Virus record (IMG/VR): IMGVR_UViG_3300037400_001705
Reading direction: 5' to 3' (one strand)
DNA: 64,000 bases
From: an uncultured virus (IMG/VR IMGVR_UViG_3300037400_001705)
Taxonomy: Duplodnaviria; Heunggongvirae; Uroviricota; Caudoviricetes
The notes below the pieces were generated by a model that saw only the letters and a list, made by a program, of their open reading frames with translations, had not been told where the DNA came from and made no database searches. How positions within the stretch are numbered: the stretch's first letter is position 1; each line of letters starts with the position of its first letter. Both the position numbers and the translations under genes were made by a program. Shown piece after piece: positions 1 to 9,840 of the stretch.

Positions 1-2
1 AT

Positions 3-227
3 TTCAAGACAGGCCGTTATGGTCGTTTCTATGGCTCCGTTGATCCAATGGTGATAACCTGCGCTCTACGAGATTTTATCAAAGAGCGTAACATCTTCAT
101 TGACCAGTATGAGCGAGAGCAGAACAACCTACAGCGAGAATTGAACAAACAAGGTGCAATAACTCGCGAGCAATGGCTTGAGCAAAAGAAACAACTTAGT
201 TTGGAAAATAAAAATGAGCAAGAATGA
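3..227 (+). CDS. C-terminal part of a conserved Bacteroidales phage protein (partial)
   Basis: Frame 3 is open from the window start (FKTGRYGRFYGSVDPMVITCALRDFIKER...) to TGA at 225-227. Confidence 0.7.
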   Translation, partial: FKTGRYGRFYGSVDPMVITCALRDFIKERNIFIDQYEREQNNLQRELNKQGAITREQWLEQKKQLSLENKNEQE

Positions 228-513
228 TACTCTTTGTCAGCATGGGGATAAGATGATAAACATGAAGTATCTTCCTCAGTGGAATGATGACAACATGCCG
301 TCTCTTTCTGATAACAACCCTATGGAAGAGGATAAGCGTCTTTTGCCGGACGAACAGCCGTTAGACGCTAACCAAATCGACGATTTTGATAATTTCAAGG
401 CAGTTCAGGTCCTCGACAGATACGGCAATATTATTGGTGAGAGGTTAGAGCCTGCAAGAAGGAAACGTAAACCAAAGAAAAATAATAATGAGTATGAAAT
501 TCAAAGTTGGTGA
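214..513 (+). CDS. hypothetical protein
   Basis: ORF; ATG at 214 overlaps the previous gene end. Confidence 0.55.
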   Translation: MSKNDTLCQHGDKMINMKYLPQWNDDNMPSLSDNNPMEEDKRLLPDEQPLDANQIDDFDNFKAVQVLDRYGNIIGERLEPARRKRKPKKNNNEYEIQSW

Positions 514-715
514 CAAAATCAGAATCGCAAAGAGTTTCATGCGGATGGGCCGCAATCATCTTGGCTCCGTCGGCATAGTCATAGAGCATAGATGTTACGG
601 TGGCAGGTATGTTGGCAACGAGCCAACTCACTACGTCGTGAAGTTCGATTGTTACAAGGTGCCGCACATCTTTATGCGGTATGATTTGGAAGATAGCTGT
701 GATTTAATAGAATAA
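488..715 (+). CDS. small hypothetical phage protein
   Basis: ORF starting MKFKVGDKIRI, typical of small phage SH3-like proteins. Confidence 0.65.
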   Translation: MSMKFKVGDKIRIAKSFMRMGRNHLGSVGIVIEHRCYGGRYVGNEPTHYVVKFDCYKVPHIFMRYDLEDSCDLIE

Positions 716-723
716 AAATAGCT

Positions 724-948
724 ATGACGTACAAAGATTACCAGATAGGTAGTATCGTAAAATGGTACAACGTCAATTTGCTGGTTAAGGCGGTAAAGTT
801 TCCAATATGTGCAAAGTGTTATTTCTCGGCACATCAATGCCACAAGGAACACCGAAAGGAAATAAGCTGCATCAACCATGGTTTCGCGTGCACACCTACC
901 ACTCGTAAGGATAAAAAGCACGTAGTATTCGTCAGAGTTAATTCATAA
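724..948 (+). CDS. Cys-rich hypothetical protein
   Basis: ORF with CxxC motif, packed in operon. Confidence 0.65.
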   Translation: MTYKDYQIGSIVKWYNVNLLVKAVKFPICAKCYFSAHQCHKEHRKEISCINHGFACTPTTRKDKKHVVFVRVNS

Positions 949-990
949 CATTAAATTAGTAAAATATTAAACGAACTTAAAAGATAACTT

Positions 991-1920
991 ATGGACTACG
1001 AAAAAGCATATAAATACGCTCTTGGAAAAGCAAAAGAGTGGTGCAACTTGCCAGATGCTTCTGATTTGGATAAGAAGCTGCTTGGACATATGTTTCCCGA
1101 ACTCAAAGAGAGCAATAATGAGGAGATAAGGAAATGGTGTATTATGCATTTTAGGGAATGCCTTAGAGTTTCAAAAGATAATCCAGAATACCAAGAATAT
1201 CTTATCAATAATGTAATGCCTTGGCTTAAAAAGCAAGGCGAACAGAAGCCTGATAAGGTTGAACCGAAATTTAAGAATGGGCAGTGGATTGTTTGGCAAG
1301 ATAAATACTATAAAGTCAACTATAACGGTTGTGGGTATGAATTGGTTGACCAAAATGGTTTGAGTACATCATTAGAATATGGAACTATTGATGAACATGC
1401 TCATCTATGGTCAATCCAAGACGCAAAGCCTGGTGATATGCTTGCGGCTCACGAATGCTATGTGATATTCAAAGAAATTGATGGGTTGAATATTAAATGT
1501 TATTGCACATATCATTATATGGGTTCTAATCCAAGGTTTTATACAGATACCTTACAAAATAAGAATGCTTTTTATCCAGCAACCAAAGAACAGCGTGATA
1601 CTCTAATGAAGGCAATGGTTAATACCGGATATACCTTTGACTTTGACAAGAAAGAGTTGAAAAAGATTGAGTATAAGCCCACTTGGAATGAAGAGGATGA
1701 AGAAAAATTTAGAGATGTAATCAGACTCATTGAACAAGGTGCTCCTGTTCAGTCAATGAGAGACCACTACACAAATTGGCTCAAATCCCTCAGACCTCAG
1801 AAGCAGTGGAAGCCAAGTGAAGAACAAATAATCGCATTACGATGGGTTTTGAATAATGTACCTTATTGCAAGCATAAAGAAGAAATAAGCGGATTACTTG
1901 ACCAAATAAAAGAACTATAG
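991..1920 (+). CDS. hypothetical phage protein, 309 aa
   Basis: Long ORF with modular motifs (EPKFKNGQW, LWSIQDAKPGD, WKPSEEQ). Confidence 0.85.
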   Translation: MDYEKAYKYALGKAKEWCNLPDASDLDKKLLGHMFPELKESNNEEIRKWCIMHFRECLRVSKDNPEYQEYLINNVMPWLKKQGEQKPDKVEPKFKNGQWIVWQDKYYKVNYNGCGYELVDQNGLSTSLEYGTIDEHAHLWSIQDAKPGDMLAAHECYVIFKEIDGLNIKCYCTYHYMGSNPRFYTDTLQNKNAFYPATKEQRDTLMKAMVNTGYTFDFDKKELKKIEYKPTWNEEDEEKFRDVIRLIEQGAPVQSMRDHYTNWLKSLRPQKQWKPSEEQIIALRWVLNNVPYCKHKEEISGLLDQIKEL

Positions 1921-1967
1921 GTTATGGATAAAACAGACAAAGAAAAATAGTTTATTAATTTAAAATC

Positions 1968-2705
1968 ATGGCAACAAAAATTGAGTGGACTCAAAAGGTG
2001 TGGAATCCGGTAACGGGCTGCACCAAGGTAAGCGAGGCTTGCCAAAACTGTTACGCGGAAGTGATGGCACGACGGCTACAGAAAATGCCTGGCAGTGCTG
2101 ACAAGTATCGCAACGGCTTCAATCCGACAATTCATGTCAGCAGTCTGAGTGAGCCGTTTGGGTGGAAGAAACCTACTATGGTTTTCGTGTGTTCTATGGG
2201 CGACCTGTTCCATAATGAAGTGCCGTTTGATTTCATCGACAAAGTGATTGAGACTATCCGTGAATGTCCTCAACACACATTTCAGATTCTTACCAAACGT
2301 CCTGAGCGCATGGCAGAGTATTTCTGTGACCTGCGTGGCGTTCCTCAGAACGTCTGGCTTGGTACGACCTGTGAGAGCGATAAGCATTTTGACCGCATCG
2401 ACCACCTGCGTAAAATCAAAGGTGCAAAGGTGCGTTTCCTGAGCTGTGAGCCGCTGTTAGGTGACTTGTGGGGTATCAACCTGCGTGGTATTGATTGGGT
2501 TATAACAGGTGGAGAAAGTGGATCGTGCGCCCGTCGTACACCTACAGAATGGTTCCGCACCCTTCGCGACGTGTGCCAGCGTAACTTTGTGCCTTTCTTC
2601 TTTAAGCAGTGGGGCGCATGGAGCGAGGGCGGCATTAAACAGAGTAAGTATAAGAATGGCTCTCTGCTCGATGGCAGAGAGTGGAAAGAATATCCAAACG
2701 TATAA
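1968..2705 (+). CDS. phage Gp37/Gp68 (DUF5131) family, radical-SAM-like protein
   Basis: TKIEWT..WNPVTGCTKVSEACQNCYA, FVCSMGDLFH, LTKRP, SCEPLLG, WVITGGESG, FFKQWG. Confidence 0.9.
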   Translation: MATKIEWTQKVWNPVTGCTKVSEACQNCYAEVMARRLQKMPGSADKYRNGFNPTIHVSSLSEPFGWKKPTMVFVCSMGDLFHNEVPFDFIDKVIETIRECPQHTFQILTKRPERMAEYFCDLRGVPQNVWLGTTCESDKHFDRIDHLRKIKGAKVRFLSCEPLLGDLWGINLRGIDWVITGGESGSCARRTPTEWFRTLRDVCQRNFVPFFFKQWGAWSEGGIKQSKYKNGSLLDGREWKEYPNV

Positions 2706-2707
2706 TC

Positions 2708-3250
2708 ATGTTAGATAACGAAAAACTACAAAAATTAGCAAAGGAAATCTATGAGATTGCCGTTGCTCATGGCTGGCACGAAGATGTCAAGCCTAACGGG
2801 CTGTGGATGGCCCTAATTGTTTCTGAGGTAGCGGAAGCTATCGAGGCAGACCGAAAGAATAAACACGCAGATGTTTCTCTCTTCCTCAACCATCATTTAG
2901 AGAGTGATACAATATTCAAATTTTGTTATGAGAGCTACATCAAAGGCTCTGTCGAAGAAGAGCTGGCAGACATTGTTATCCGTTTGCTTGACTACCTCTA
3001 TATGCGTTGGGGTGACAAGTACGATTGGTGGTATCTATCATCCAATTTTGGCATTCCTGATGACTTCCCTGTAGCCGCATGGAAGCTTGTAAAGAAATAT
3101 CTTAACGATGGCGCTATGGCTGTTCGTGACAGCATCCAGTACGTCATCGAGTGGGCTGACAAATTGAACATCAACCTTGAAGAGCATATTGAATGGAAGA
3201 TGCGTTATAACTCTCTCCGTTCATATAAACATGGTGGCAAAAAGTATTAA
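2708..3250 (+). CDS. MazG-like nucleotide pyrophosphohydrolase
   Basis: LIVSEVAEAIEADRK, EEELADIVIRLLD, KMRYNSLRSYKHGGK. Confidence 0.8.
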   Translation: MLDNEKLQKLAKEIYEIAVAHGWHEDVKPNGLWMALIVSEVAEAIEADRKNKHADVSLFLNHHLESDTIFKFCYESYIKGSVEEELADIVIRLLDYLYMRWGDKYDWWYLSSNFGIPDDFPVAAWKLVKKYLNDGAMAVRDSIQYVIEWADKLNINLEEHIEWKMRYNSLRSYKHGGKKY

Positions 3251-3253
3251 ATC

Positions 3254-3648
3254 ATGGATATAAAAGAACTAATGGTTGGCGACATCGTGGAATACCTCGA
3301 TGTCGCGACCAACCTATTCCCGTAGTGGTCGTAAAGATTGACGGCCCAAGTAGTATCGTGTGTTTGAAGCAGAAGAATGGCCATAAGTTCAATACGACCA
3401 TAGATTTTCTGAGACCTCTCAATGTAACCAAGGAAATACTTGAGCATAACGGAGCAGACACTTTCGACTCTTTTGCTCGTATCGAACTCGGTAAATATTA
3501 TGTAATATACGACTATGATGGCTTTGTGACGATTCGCGACGAAGCTAATAATATTAGGAAGATAAGTTACCTGGAATGTGATTACGTCCACGAACTCCAA
3601 CACGCTTTCTCCATTTGCAAAATCAATGAACAAATAACTCTCCCGTAG
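3254..3648 (+). pseudogene. hypothetical protein split by a frameshift (or a sequencing error)
   Basis: MDIKELMVGDIVEYL stops at 3325; the adjacent frame reads CRDQPIPVVVVKID...YVHELQHAF from about 3300. Confidence 0.6.
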
Positions 3649-3654
3649 TATAAC

Positions 3655-4137
3655 ATGAAAGAAAACCAATTTTCCATCGAGCCAGACTTAGGCTCGATCC
3701 CAGCAAAAGGTACGACATGCTGGTATATTCGCGCAAACATGGTAGCGCATAAGTTCGTCATCCAAGAAACGGAATGGGTAGGTGGAGTATCTGACCTGCT
3801 CCGTATGGCCAAAGGCAACATGTTCTTCTCTTTGGAAGAAGCCAATGAGGTAGAAACACAGCTCAACGAGCGTCTTGAAAAGTTCAAGGCAATCACGCAG
3901 ACTGCAGAGTTTAAGCAGAAACTCGCTGATGATGAAGCCAAGAAAAAGGCTGAATCAGAAGAGCGCAAGCGTAAGCGCGAGGAAGCTCTGGCCGCAAAGA
4001 GGGCAGAAAAGGAGGCCGCTTTGGTAGACAACTCACCGTCCGGCAAGCAAAAGAAGTATGCGCTCTCCACAAAGGAACGTGCCCTCAAGTACGAATCTCG
4101 TAAAAAGAAATCTCCGCACCCTGATATTGTCATGTAA
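3655..4137 (+). CDS. hypothetical protein with charged coiled-coil C-terminus
   Basis: ORF of 160 aa. Confidence 0.8.
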   Translation: MKENQFSIEPDLGSIPAKGTTCWYIRANMVAHKFVIQETEWVGGVSDLLRMAKGNMFFSLEEANEVETQLNERLEKFKAITQTAEFKQKLADDEAKKKAESEERKRKREEALAAKRAEKEAALVDNSPSGKQKKYALSTKERALKYESRKKKSPHPDIVM

Positions 4138-4143
4138 TACTTT

Positions 4144-4192
4144 ACAGGCCCAGTAGCTCCGATTGTGAGTTGCTGGGCCTGTTTTTTTGTTT
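4144..4192. terminator. intrinsic terminator between convergent operons
   Basis: ACAGGCCCAGTAGCTC-loop-GAGTTGCTGGGCCTGT followed by a T tract. Confidence 0.85.
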
Positions 4193-4675
4193 TTACAAAC
4201 CGAAATACGACCTTATGTTGAACTTCTTATCTTCGTCTTTCAGCTTGTCAACGGCAAGCTTGTGAACGAAGTCAAACAGTTTGTCGTTGGGGATATAGTC
4301 AGAAATGGTCCTGCCACTGTCAGACATAATCATATTCATCGTTGCCCACATGGCGCAACGATTATAGCTTGGTGCCTCTTCCAACTCATAGCCGTGCTGT
4401 TCCATGGTAGACTTCCATTGGTCATGGGACCATGGCGCTTTAGGCTTCATGCCTTCTATGATTTTCGCTGCTTCTTTGGGGGTGAGATAATTTCCCCATC
4501 TGACACTCTCCAGCTGACAGATAAATTCTTCGGCAGCTTCGGGCTTTACTTCAATCAGCCAGTCGATGATAGAAGTCATCACACGTCCGAATACCTGCAT
4601 ATTCTTCACGTCATTACTCGTAGCCATTAGCTCATAGAGCTGCGTGTATTTTGCTTTCAATTCCTTTGCATTCAT
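4193..4675 (-). CDS. hypothetical protein
   Basis: ORF of 160 aa. Confidence 0.85.
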   Translation of the reverse strand: MNAKELKAKYTQLYELMATSNDVKNMQVFGRVMTSIIDWLIEVKPEAAEEFICQLESVRWGNYLTPKEAAKIIEGMKPKAPWSHDQWKSTMEQHGYELEEAPSYNRCAMWATMNMIMSDSGRTISDYIPNDKLFDFVHKLAVDKLKDEDKKFNIRSYFGL

Positions 4676-4680
4676 AGTTC

Positions 4681-5217
4681 TTATGATACAATCTTCTTCA
4701 TCATGTCGATAATCTCATCCAGCTTGTCGCCTTGTTGTTTCTGTGCCTCTTCAATCTTAGCAAACCGCTCTTCGGTCTGTTGGCGCTCTTGGAAGTTGGT
4801 GTCAAGCTGGGCTATCAGAGCCTTGCAATCGGTGATACGCTTCTTCTGCTTGGGCACCTCGCGCTCTGCTTCTTTCAGGTAGTTCTCGCTGCTCTTCAGG
4901 GTAGCGTGCAGCTCGCGCACAATGGCCTCCTTATCGGTGCTTACCAGTGTCAGCGCACCGGGATTCTTCGTCGGAAACATACTGGCCGTCACGTCCACCA
5001 CGTCGGTATAGTTCTGGCCGTCCAGCGAATAGGTCACGTCCACCACGTTCTGCACCGCTGGCATCTGCATGGGCACCTGCCCGGCCTCATACTTCGGCAT
5101 GTTCACCCTTGGCTGGCTCACGCTCACAATAGCCCCTTCGGTGTATTTCAATTCGTCGCCCTTAACAAGCGCATACACCACCGCCCCAGCCGTCATGTCT
5201 TTAAAAAGTATATTCAT
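4681..5217 (-). CDS. hypothetical protein
   Basis: ORF of 178 aa, coiled-coil C-terminus. Confidence 0.85.
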   Translation of the reverse strand: MNILFKDMTAGAVVYALVKGDELKYTEGAIVSVSQPRVNMPKYEAGQVPMQMPAVQNVVDVTYSLDGQNYTDVVDVTASMFPTKNPGALTLVSTDKEAIVRELHATLKSSENYLKEAEREVPKQKKRITDCKALIAQLDTNFQERQQTEERFAKIEEAQKQQGDKLDEIIDMMKKIVS

Positions 5218-5346
5218 ATCTCTATCCTCCGTTTTTGTTGTTTTTTCTGTTTCTTATCTTCTTCTGTTGCCCGTGATGCCATCACGGCGTGCGCCCCCTA
5301 AAAAGGGGCCAACGGCCCCAACAGCCGCCGCCCCTCGGAGGATAAT

Positions 5347-6141
5347 TTAGCCGTTGTTCTGAGAAGCAGCCTTAGCACCGCCACTATAAGTGTTGATGAA
5401 CTGCTGCATCTCCCACTCCAGACGCTTGAACTGGCCTTCAAGCACGTTGAAACGAGCCTGATCACCCTGCTGAGTGCGCAAAAGGTCAAGCTCGGTCTGC
5501 AGGCGTGTCTTCTCGGCCACCACGTCCTGATAGCGCGAGTTCTCCCAAGCCTGACGGAACGATGCAATCTCGGCACGGGTCAGACCGTTCTCCAGACGCT
5601 GTGAGTCCTTCAGGTCGTTGGTCTGGTTGATGGTCTCAATGCGGCCCTGATAGCCCTGTTCCAGAATCTGCGTCTTCAATCCGCAGCAGCAGTCCTTCAA
5701 CTGCTGTACCAGGTTCAGGTTGCCCAGGTTGATGGCGTTGGTCACACCGGCAAAGCCCATACCGTTCTGTGCGCCAATCTGGAAGATAGCATCCTTCACG
5801 TTACCAATAGCCGTCTGGAGGGAGTCGAAGTTCACGCCGAGGTTCTGAGCAAGCTGGCTGATGGCAAAGCCGTTGCCCTGGATGGCCTCGCGGGCCCACT
5901 GGTTGTTGTTGTTGTCGTTGATCTGAGCCTGCAAGCTATTAAGCTTGTTCTGGGTCTCCATGTCGAGAACTCCGTTAGCGGCCACACCAGCACCACGGCC
6001 ACCACCGAAACCGCCGTTGCCCAGCCAAGCCATCATGACAAGGTACATCCACGGGTTGTTCATCATCATCGCCATAGTGTCGGCGGGGCTGCTGCCGTTG
6101 CCGTTGCCGACCATAGGCAGAATGTTAATCTTTTCGTCCAT
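5347..6141 (-). CDS. Gly/Asn-rich coiled-coil hypothetical protein
   Basis: ORF of 264 aa with NGGFGG and QLKDCCC motifs. Confidence 0.85.
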   Translation of the reverse strand: MDEKINILPMVGNGNGSSPADTMAMMMNNPWMYLVMMAWLGNGGFGGGRGAGVAANGVLDMETQNKLNSLQAQINDNNNNQWAREAIQGNGFAISQLAQNLGVNFDSLQTAIGNVKDAIFQIGAQNGMGFAGVTNAINLGNLNLVQQLKDCCCGLKTQILEQGYQGRIETINQTNDLKDSQRLENGLTRAEIASFRQAWENSRYQDVVAEKTRLQTELDLLRTQQGDQARFNVLEGQFKRLEWEMQQFINTYSGGAKAASQNNG

Positions 6142-6233
6142 AATAATGCAAAATTAATGGGTTTTGTTACTTTGTTTTCTTTTCTCGTACACCGAGGAAC
6201 CGCCTCGGTCTTTGTCATTGGCCTTTGACGCCA

Positions 6234-6241
6234 CAAAGTTA
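6234..6241 (-). promoter_or_regulatory. Bacteroidota -7 promoter box
   Basis: TAACTTTG on the minus strand, about 90 bp upstream of ATG 6141. Confidence 0.55.
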
Positions 6242-6303
6242 CAAAAAGCCGCCGTGCCCGTCCGCATTAGCGGCGGGTTTCAGCCCTCACTCCCCGAGTC
6301 CTT

Positions 6304-6531
6304 TTAACACTCTCCGTCCAGTCTCTTGATTGCTCTCTCCACTGTCGCCCGTCCTATATGGTATTCGTCTGCCAACACCCTTACGGCCTCCCTATACTTT
6401 ATTCCGTTTCTCCGCATAGCCTTAAACCTCTCATACATGCCTACATACTTATAATCGTCCATCATGACCTCATGTTTTGAGAGCATTTTTAACGGTTCGG
6501 ATAACATTTTCAGCAACTCAATCTTTTTCAT
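6304..6531 (-). CDS. small HTH-like regulator
   Basis: EAVRVLADEYHIGRATVERAIKRL. Confidence 0.65.
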   Translation of the reverse strand: MKKIELLKMLSEPLKMLSKHEVMMDDYKYVGMYERFKAMRRNGIKYREAVRVLADEYHIGRATVERAIKRLDGEC

Positions 6532-6574
6532 GGTATACAAATTGTTTTTTCTATGCCGACACACTGTGCCGGCA

Positions 6575-7126
6575 TTAAAATAATCTATAGGAAATACCTA
6601 CCCCCACAAAAAAGTCACCCTGCTTACTTCTTATTCCATATCCGGCGCCCGCAACAATTCCCACCGAAATCCGTTTCTGTTGCGTATGTTGTCGTGTCAC
6701 GACAACGCTTTCATTAACGGTCTTTCTCTTCACGAAGATACTGTCAAGCTGTGCCTCATACCCGCTCACATACGCCCTGTAATCTTCCGTCTCATATTTC
6801 TTCTGCGTAATGGGCACCGTCACGGCTGCACTATCATTCACGGCACTATCCCCGTACACTCCGCTTTCACCATTCGTCCCGCTTTCATCGTGCATTTCGC
6901 TGACATTCTTGCCAGCGTTTACGGACGGTAATATCTTTGATATATATCTCACCACCGCACTATCCTTTGCCACTGGCTCATAGTACGGGATGGTATCTAC
7001 CACCTCCGTCCTCACAGTGTCAATATGCACGTTTTCTTGGGCGGAACGAGCCTCGTACCAGCCAATCAGCCCAGAAACAATCATCAGGGCTACAATCACT
7101 ACAAAAGTAATAAATGGTCTCTTCAT
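6575..7126 (-). CDS. membrane-anchored lysis-module protein (spanin-like candidate)
   Basis: N-terminal TM helix, C-terminal beta strands ending SYRLF, directly after the putative endolysin. Confidence 0.6.
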   Translation of the reverse strand: MKRPFITFVVIVALMIVSGLIGWYEARSAQENVHIDTVRTEVVDTIPYYEPVAKDSAVVRYISKILPSVNAGKNVSEMHDESGTNGESGVYGDSAVNDSAAVTVPITQKKYETEDYRAYVSGYEAQLDSIFVKRKTVNESVVVTRQHTQQKRISVGIVAGAGYGIRSKQGDFFVGVGISYRLF

Positions 7127-7581
7127 CTTTCTATTGTTAAATATACTTTCTCGCCCTTTTTCAAGGCATCACTGATTCTGCTAATAAGCAAGCCGGTCCA
7201 GTATGTGGATTTGCTAATCCATCCCACTTTGTCATTAATACCAAACAGGATGCAGCCCTCGGTGTCTTTGTTACTGTTGCCAGGATGCAGTCTGACACCC
7301 GTAAAGCCTTTCACTCCGCATACGTGCGGCATGTTCTTCCTGAACTTCGGGCTGTACGTCATTTCTATCAAGTATCTTCCCGCAGGAATAGCCGTCTGCC
7401 CTTTGACCTTAACAGCCAAAACTTCGTCTACGCTCATATCCGACGTAAGTCCCCTATCGGTATCTTCAAGGGCATTGCACCAATTTCTACCGTCGCCAAA
7501 ACGCTGGTCGTCAACGAACACGCGGCTGATGGTGTAGTCGCGCTTCTTCCATGCTCTGTCTATACGTATCTCCATAGTCAT
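7123..7581 (-). CDS. DUF5675-family protein, putative endolysin
   Basis: CNALED, TAIPAGRY, YSPKF, GVRLHPGN..DTEGCILFG; lies next to holin. Confidence 0.8.
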   Translation of the reverse strand: MTMEIRIDRAWKKRDYTISRVFVDDQRFGDGRNWCNALEDTDRGLTSDMSVDEVLAVKVKGQTAIPAGRYLIEMTYSPKFRKNMPHVCGVKGFTGVRLHPGNSNKDTEGCILFGINDKVGWISKSTYWTGLLISRISDALKKGEKVYLTIER

Positions 7582-8045
7582 TCGCCGTTTTTATGGTTCT
7601 CTTGATATTTCTTCACAAACGGGATTTTCTCCACAAACTGCACCGTCAGCACGTAAAGCAGAATATCCACGAACTTCCATGTTGCAGTACCCTCTTTCAG
7701 CATTTTTCTCCAATTCTTAAGAATATTAGTTCCGAATACCCATACCGCAATGAAACAAGCATACTTCACGCACATAGCCGCCTCGGCATCCTGATGCAGA
7801 AAGTGGCCCACGGCAAACATACTTGCAAAGCAGAAGAACAGACCGCCGCAGAACACAAAGAACATACACGCCTTTTTCCACGACCAACCTTCACCGCTCG
7901 CTACTGCCGAGGCAATACCGAACACCAGATTCACCGTCAGCAGGATCATCATCGCAACCATGAAGTCCTCTATTGGAGAAAACAAACTTGCCAACAACCC
8001 AAACACCGTAAGGGCCAACGTCTTTAATTCCATTAAATTTCCCAT
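7578..8045 (-). CDS. holin
   Basis: Several hydrophobic TM segments; upstream of the putative endolysin. Confidence 0.7.
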   Translation of the reverse strand: MGNLMELKTLALTVFGLLASLFSPIEDFMVAMMILLTVNLVFGIASAVASGEGWSWKKACMFFVFCGGLFFCFASMFAVGHFLHQDAEAAMCVKYACFIAVWVFGTNILKNWRKMLKEGTATWKFVDILLYVLTVQFVEKIPFVKKYQENHKNGE

Positions 8046-8140
8046 ATCACATTTCGTTTTTATTGTTTTTCCTTTATTGTTCCGCCTGTTGCCGTACCAC
8101 AGCAACCTTCTTTGTTGATTGCTCCGCAATTTAATTGCGG

Positions 8141-8407
8141 TCATAACCCTTCCTCTTCCACCGCCTCTGCATCCTCTGGCTCCTGTTGTTTCAACTCCGC
8201 TATCTCCTGCTCGATGGCATTGATGCGGTCACGCCACTGCTGCCGCTGCTGGTGTAGCGAGCTGGCATCGTATGGCAGTCCATCGCCAGCGGCCTGCGCC
8301 TCGGCACACTTGATGATTTTGTAGTCACCACCGGCAAGTCGGGCTTCCAGATTCATCTTCTCGGTGTAGAGCAGATTCATCTTCTCATTAATTTCTGAAT
8401 TTGTCAT
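8141..8407 (-). CDS. small tail-fibre-associated hypothetical protein
   Basis: DYKIIKCAEAQ..LPYD..LHQQRQQWRDRIN. Confidence 0.7.
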   Translation of the reverse strand: MTNSEINEKMNLLYTEKMNLEARLAGGDYKIIKCAEAQAAGDGLPYDASSLHQQRQQWRDRINAIEQEIAELKQQEPEDAEAVEEEGL

Positions 8408-9614
8408 TTGTTTTAATTTTTAAGTTATACTTATGGTTCATTCTTGATTTCCAGTTATATTGGGGCTTGCATACGACACACTGACTCTGCTCATCCCATT
8501 CCATGTAGCGTCCCCATTCGGTCATTATTATTTCTCGTAGCAGACAGAGCCGCTTATGGCTTGTGCGGCCTTTCAGCAGTCCCGTGTAGCTGTTTACCGG
8601 CGATAGCAGGCGGTCAAGCCACCGTTCTTTGTCGGACATTCTATTTAATTCCTCTATCCGTCCAATGGCGCGGCGCCACGTCTTGTCGTTCAGGATAATA
8701 CGGAATGGGTGGATATGGCTTCCCAGGAACTCTACGCCGTGCCCGTATGGCTGGTCGTAGAATTTCTTTTCGTTGAGCTTTACGCCTTTTGTGGCAAACC
8801 GCTGCCGAAGTGTCGGAATCAGTGATAGTGCATATTGGTGAAGCCGTTCGGGTACTATCATAACGATGTCATCCACAAAACATACCACATGCAGACCGCA
8901 TTCTTCCGTTAGCCAGCGTATGTCATCGTTGATGTACAACCCCATTGCTGTTTGCCATATCAGCCTACCGATAGCCGCGCCCACTCCTTCGGGCTTGCGG
9001 AGTATCGACTTTTCAGGGTCTATGTGTTCTTTCCAGAAGTAGGCAGGCGTGCGCTTCTCGCAGTGGGCTGCAGGATTGCAGTGTATGGCTACCATTGTGA
9101 GCCACTTTAGGTACGCCTTGCGCTCCTCGTCGACATCCATCGCGTCTATCACGCTGTCTACACATTGTTCGGCGTGATTCCATAGAGCATTAGGAAAGTA
9201 GCCCTTCAGGTCTATCTTGATGATACGGCATGGTTGGGTATAGCCCTGCGACACCTCGTGGATATGTTCTATCAGTTGGTTGATGGCCGACTGTGATCCG
9301 TACCCTACGCGGTTGTTATAGGTATAGGGTGACAGCACCTTGTCGGCCAATGGTATCACCTCTTCGCAAATCTCGTGGTCTATGATACGTCCGCGTAGTT
9401 CGGTGGCCATAATCTCCCGCCACCTTGGGATAGAAGTAAGGAAGGTGTAGTTGTGGTGGATTCGCAGCGTGCGCTCCTCGCGTTCGCGGTGGTCGCGGAC
9501 AAGGTTCGACACCCACGACATTTCATACGTCATGGCATCGCGTCCGTAACGCTTATTCCTTCGGGTGTCAAAGTAGACATCGACAAGGTGCGCAAATCGC
9601 TGTTTCTCCTTCAT
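8388..9614 (-). CDS. DGR reverse transcriptase
   Basis: RIIDH, IKIDLKGYF, FVDD catalytic motif, GVEFLG; start set at MKEKQRF because the longer ORF begins inside TR. Confidence 0.93.
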   Translation of the reverse strand: MKEKQRFAHLVDVYFDTRRNKRYGRDAMTYEMSWVSNLVRDHREREERTLRIHHNYTFLTSIPRWREIMATELRGRIIDHEICEEVIPLADKVLSPYTYNNRVGYGSQSAINQLIEHIHEVSQGYTQPCRIIKIDLKGYFPNALWNHAEQCVDSVIDAMDVDEERKAYLKWLTMVAIHCNPAAHCEKRTPAYFWKEHIDPEKSILRKPEGVGAAIGRLIWQTAMGLYINDDIRWLTEECGLHVVCFVDDIVMIVPERLHQYALSLIPTLRQRFATKGVKLNEKKFYDQPYGHGVEFLGSHIHPFRIILNDKTWRRAIGRIEELNRMSDKERWLDRLLSPVNSYTGLLKGRTSHKRLCLLREIIMTEWGRYMEWDEQSQCVVCKPQYNWKSRMNHKYNLKIKTNDKFRN

Positions 9615-9647
9615 AGTCGTAGCGTTTTTCTGATTTCTGTGTAAATT

Positions 9648-9765
9648 CGTGACCGCCTGAGACCGATTCTTGTTGTTCACGTTGTTGTTGTTGAGGTTGC
9701 CGTTGGTGCCGTTGAAATTCCAACTGTTGTTGGTGTTGTACCTCTGAGCAAACCACCGGTTGACG
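9648..9765 (-). repeat. DGR template repeat (TR)
   Basis: 118-bp ungapped match to 10419-10536; AAC-rich; all 17 mismatches fall at TR adenines. Confidence 0.96.
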
Positions 9766-9840
9766 GTATTAGAGCAAGTCTGTTGCTGGTATAAATGATA
9801 CCCTGCTCCCTTTTACTCATAGCCTCTGACACTGCCGCTC

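Noticed and set aside
9615..9680. N-terminal extension of the RT ORF (MNNKNRSQAV...)
   Set aside because: It is translated TR sequence; ATG at 9614 is the likelier start
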